A stretch of 51,348 nt of DNA, filler included, from Sphacelaria rigidula (lineage: Eukaryota): assembly GCA_964200075.2 (NCBI GenBank). It is 3 parts of 3 records of this genome, joined end to end, with 100 filler letters (N's around TTAATTAATTAA, not from the genome) between each part and the next. Parts side by side here need not be neighbours in the genome. Positions count along the whole stretch, not along the records: positions 34,302 to 51,348 come from CAXNAA020001179.1; 2 more parts are not named here. One strand, given 5' to 3'. The notes beneath the pieces are model-generated. The model was not told the origin of the DNA, searched no databases, and was given only the letters and a program-made list of their open reading frames with translations. The first letter of the stretch is position 1, and every line of letters starts with the position of its first letter. Both the position numbers and the translations under genes were made by a program. Shown piece after piece: positions 50,192-51,348 of the stretch.

Positions 50192-51348
50192 GGGGTGGGT
50201 GTACTCATTTCTTGCTTGCCTTAGTCGTTTGACCGTTGACCACGCATCCGTTTCGAGACGGAGCACCGTTCCTACTCCTAATAGAGACATCTCCAACATT
50301 CCGGCCCACATTACGTTTCTTCCATACATGACACAAAAACCTTTTACATATCTTATTCCCGTCCTTTTTCGCCGTCTGTGGCCACCATCTATCTCCTAGA
50401 ATAGCCATCGTTTTCTCGCTACTATCTAATGCATGACGTCCCGTTCCTCCTTGTATAGGTCACATTCTGCAACTATATGACTTCTGCTTTTTATTGCTTT
50501 GCAACAGAGGCAATTCTGTCTATCTACTTCTTCCTCCTTTCGACGACTGTTATATCTCTTACTTCTTTCTTGCAAGTCCAGGTCCCCCACCCGGAATCGC
50601 AGTTCAAGTTTTTCGCCGCGTCCGTGGGGCCATGCAGATATGTTTTCATCCCCATCCCCTCTCTCCACCCCCCGTATATCTTCAGGTGTTCTTCCTCGTC
50701 AACCTTGCGTCTGAGCGCCCATTTTCCCCTTATTTCTAGCATGTCTCCTACTTTTGTCTTGTACCCCATGCCTTCACCTATGGACAGCATTTCGTCTTGG
50801 TTGCCTCCTATCTCCGTCTATACTTCCTCGGTTTCTTTGTCCCACCTTATAGCACGCCCTTTCGTAATTTTCTTCCAGACAGCCCTTTCAACTATCGCTG
50901 GCACTATATTTCTCTGCGTGTTCTTTAAGCTAAATAACCACTTCAATTTCTTCATGTCTCTGTTTGTTTTAAGTGAGTACATTCCCAACTCTGCTCTCAG
51001 TGCTGTATCACTCGTCGTTTTCGAGCATCCCAGTATCTTCTTAGCTGCTGCCATCTGTACTGTTTCTCACGTTTTCACCGATTTCGCGTTCCCCTCCCAT
51101 ACTTCTCCTGCATATTCCAGCTTTGGTACGATCACGTTCATCAGGATACATCTCTTAATCCTAGGGTCTAGGTGCGAGTTTCTGAGGATCACGTCCATCC
51201 TGCCTATCTTTGCCTCACCCTTTTCTATTACTTTGTTTATGTGTGCATCCCAAGAACAGTGTTTCAAGATTTCTACGCCAAGGTATGTGTACTGGTCTAC
51301 GATCGGCAGTTCCTCTTCTCCCCTCTTCCATTTGAACTCTACCGGATT
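50192..51348 (-). mobile_element. LINE family Y, 3' part of ORF2 and 3' UTR; runs off the window
   Basis: YTYLGVEI...SWDAHINKV...PKLEYAGEVW...ALRAELGM (RT thumb region) and a Cys/His motif CLCCKAIKSRSHIVAEC; stops are present. Confidence 0.9.

Overview
This is a eukaryotic, gene-poor, repeat-dense window. It is three contigs joined by artificial 100-N spacers carrying TTAATTAATTAA (17052-17151, 34202-34301), so adjacency across those gaps is unreliable. The repeat style suggests a brown alga (Ectocarpus-like), which is inference only. The dominant feature is a ~11.6 kb degenerate minus-strand Ty3/Gypsy LTR retrotransposon (18828-30437) with a very long gag, then PR-RT-RH-IN. Its integrase tail appears to carry a chromodomain followed by a second Tudor/PWWP-like module. 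The rest is LINE fragments, two tRNA-derived SINE families, several MITEs (hAT-, MULE- and TA-flanked types), Helitron/Helentron-like termini, mini/microsatellites and several heavily decayed minus-strand coding relics. There is also a 158-bp-arm foldback whose arm differences are mostly G:U-compatible on one strand. No intact host gene can be supported.
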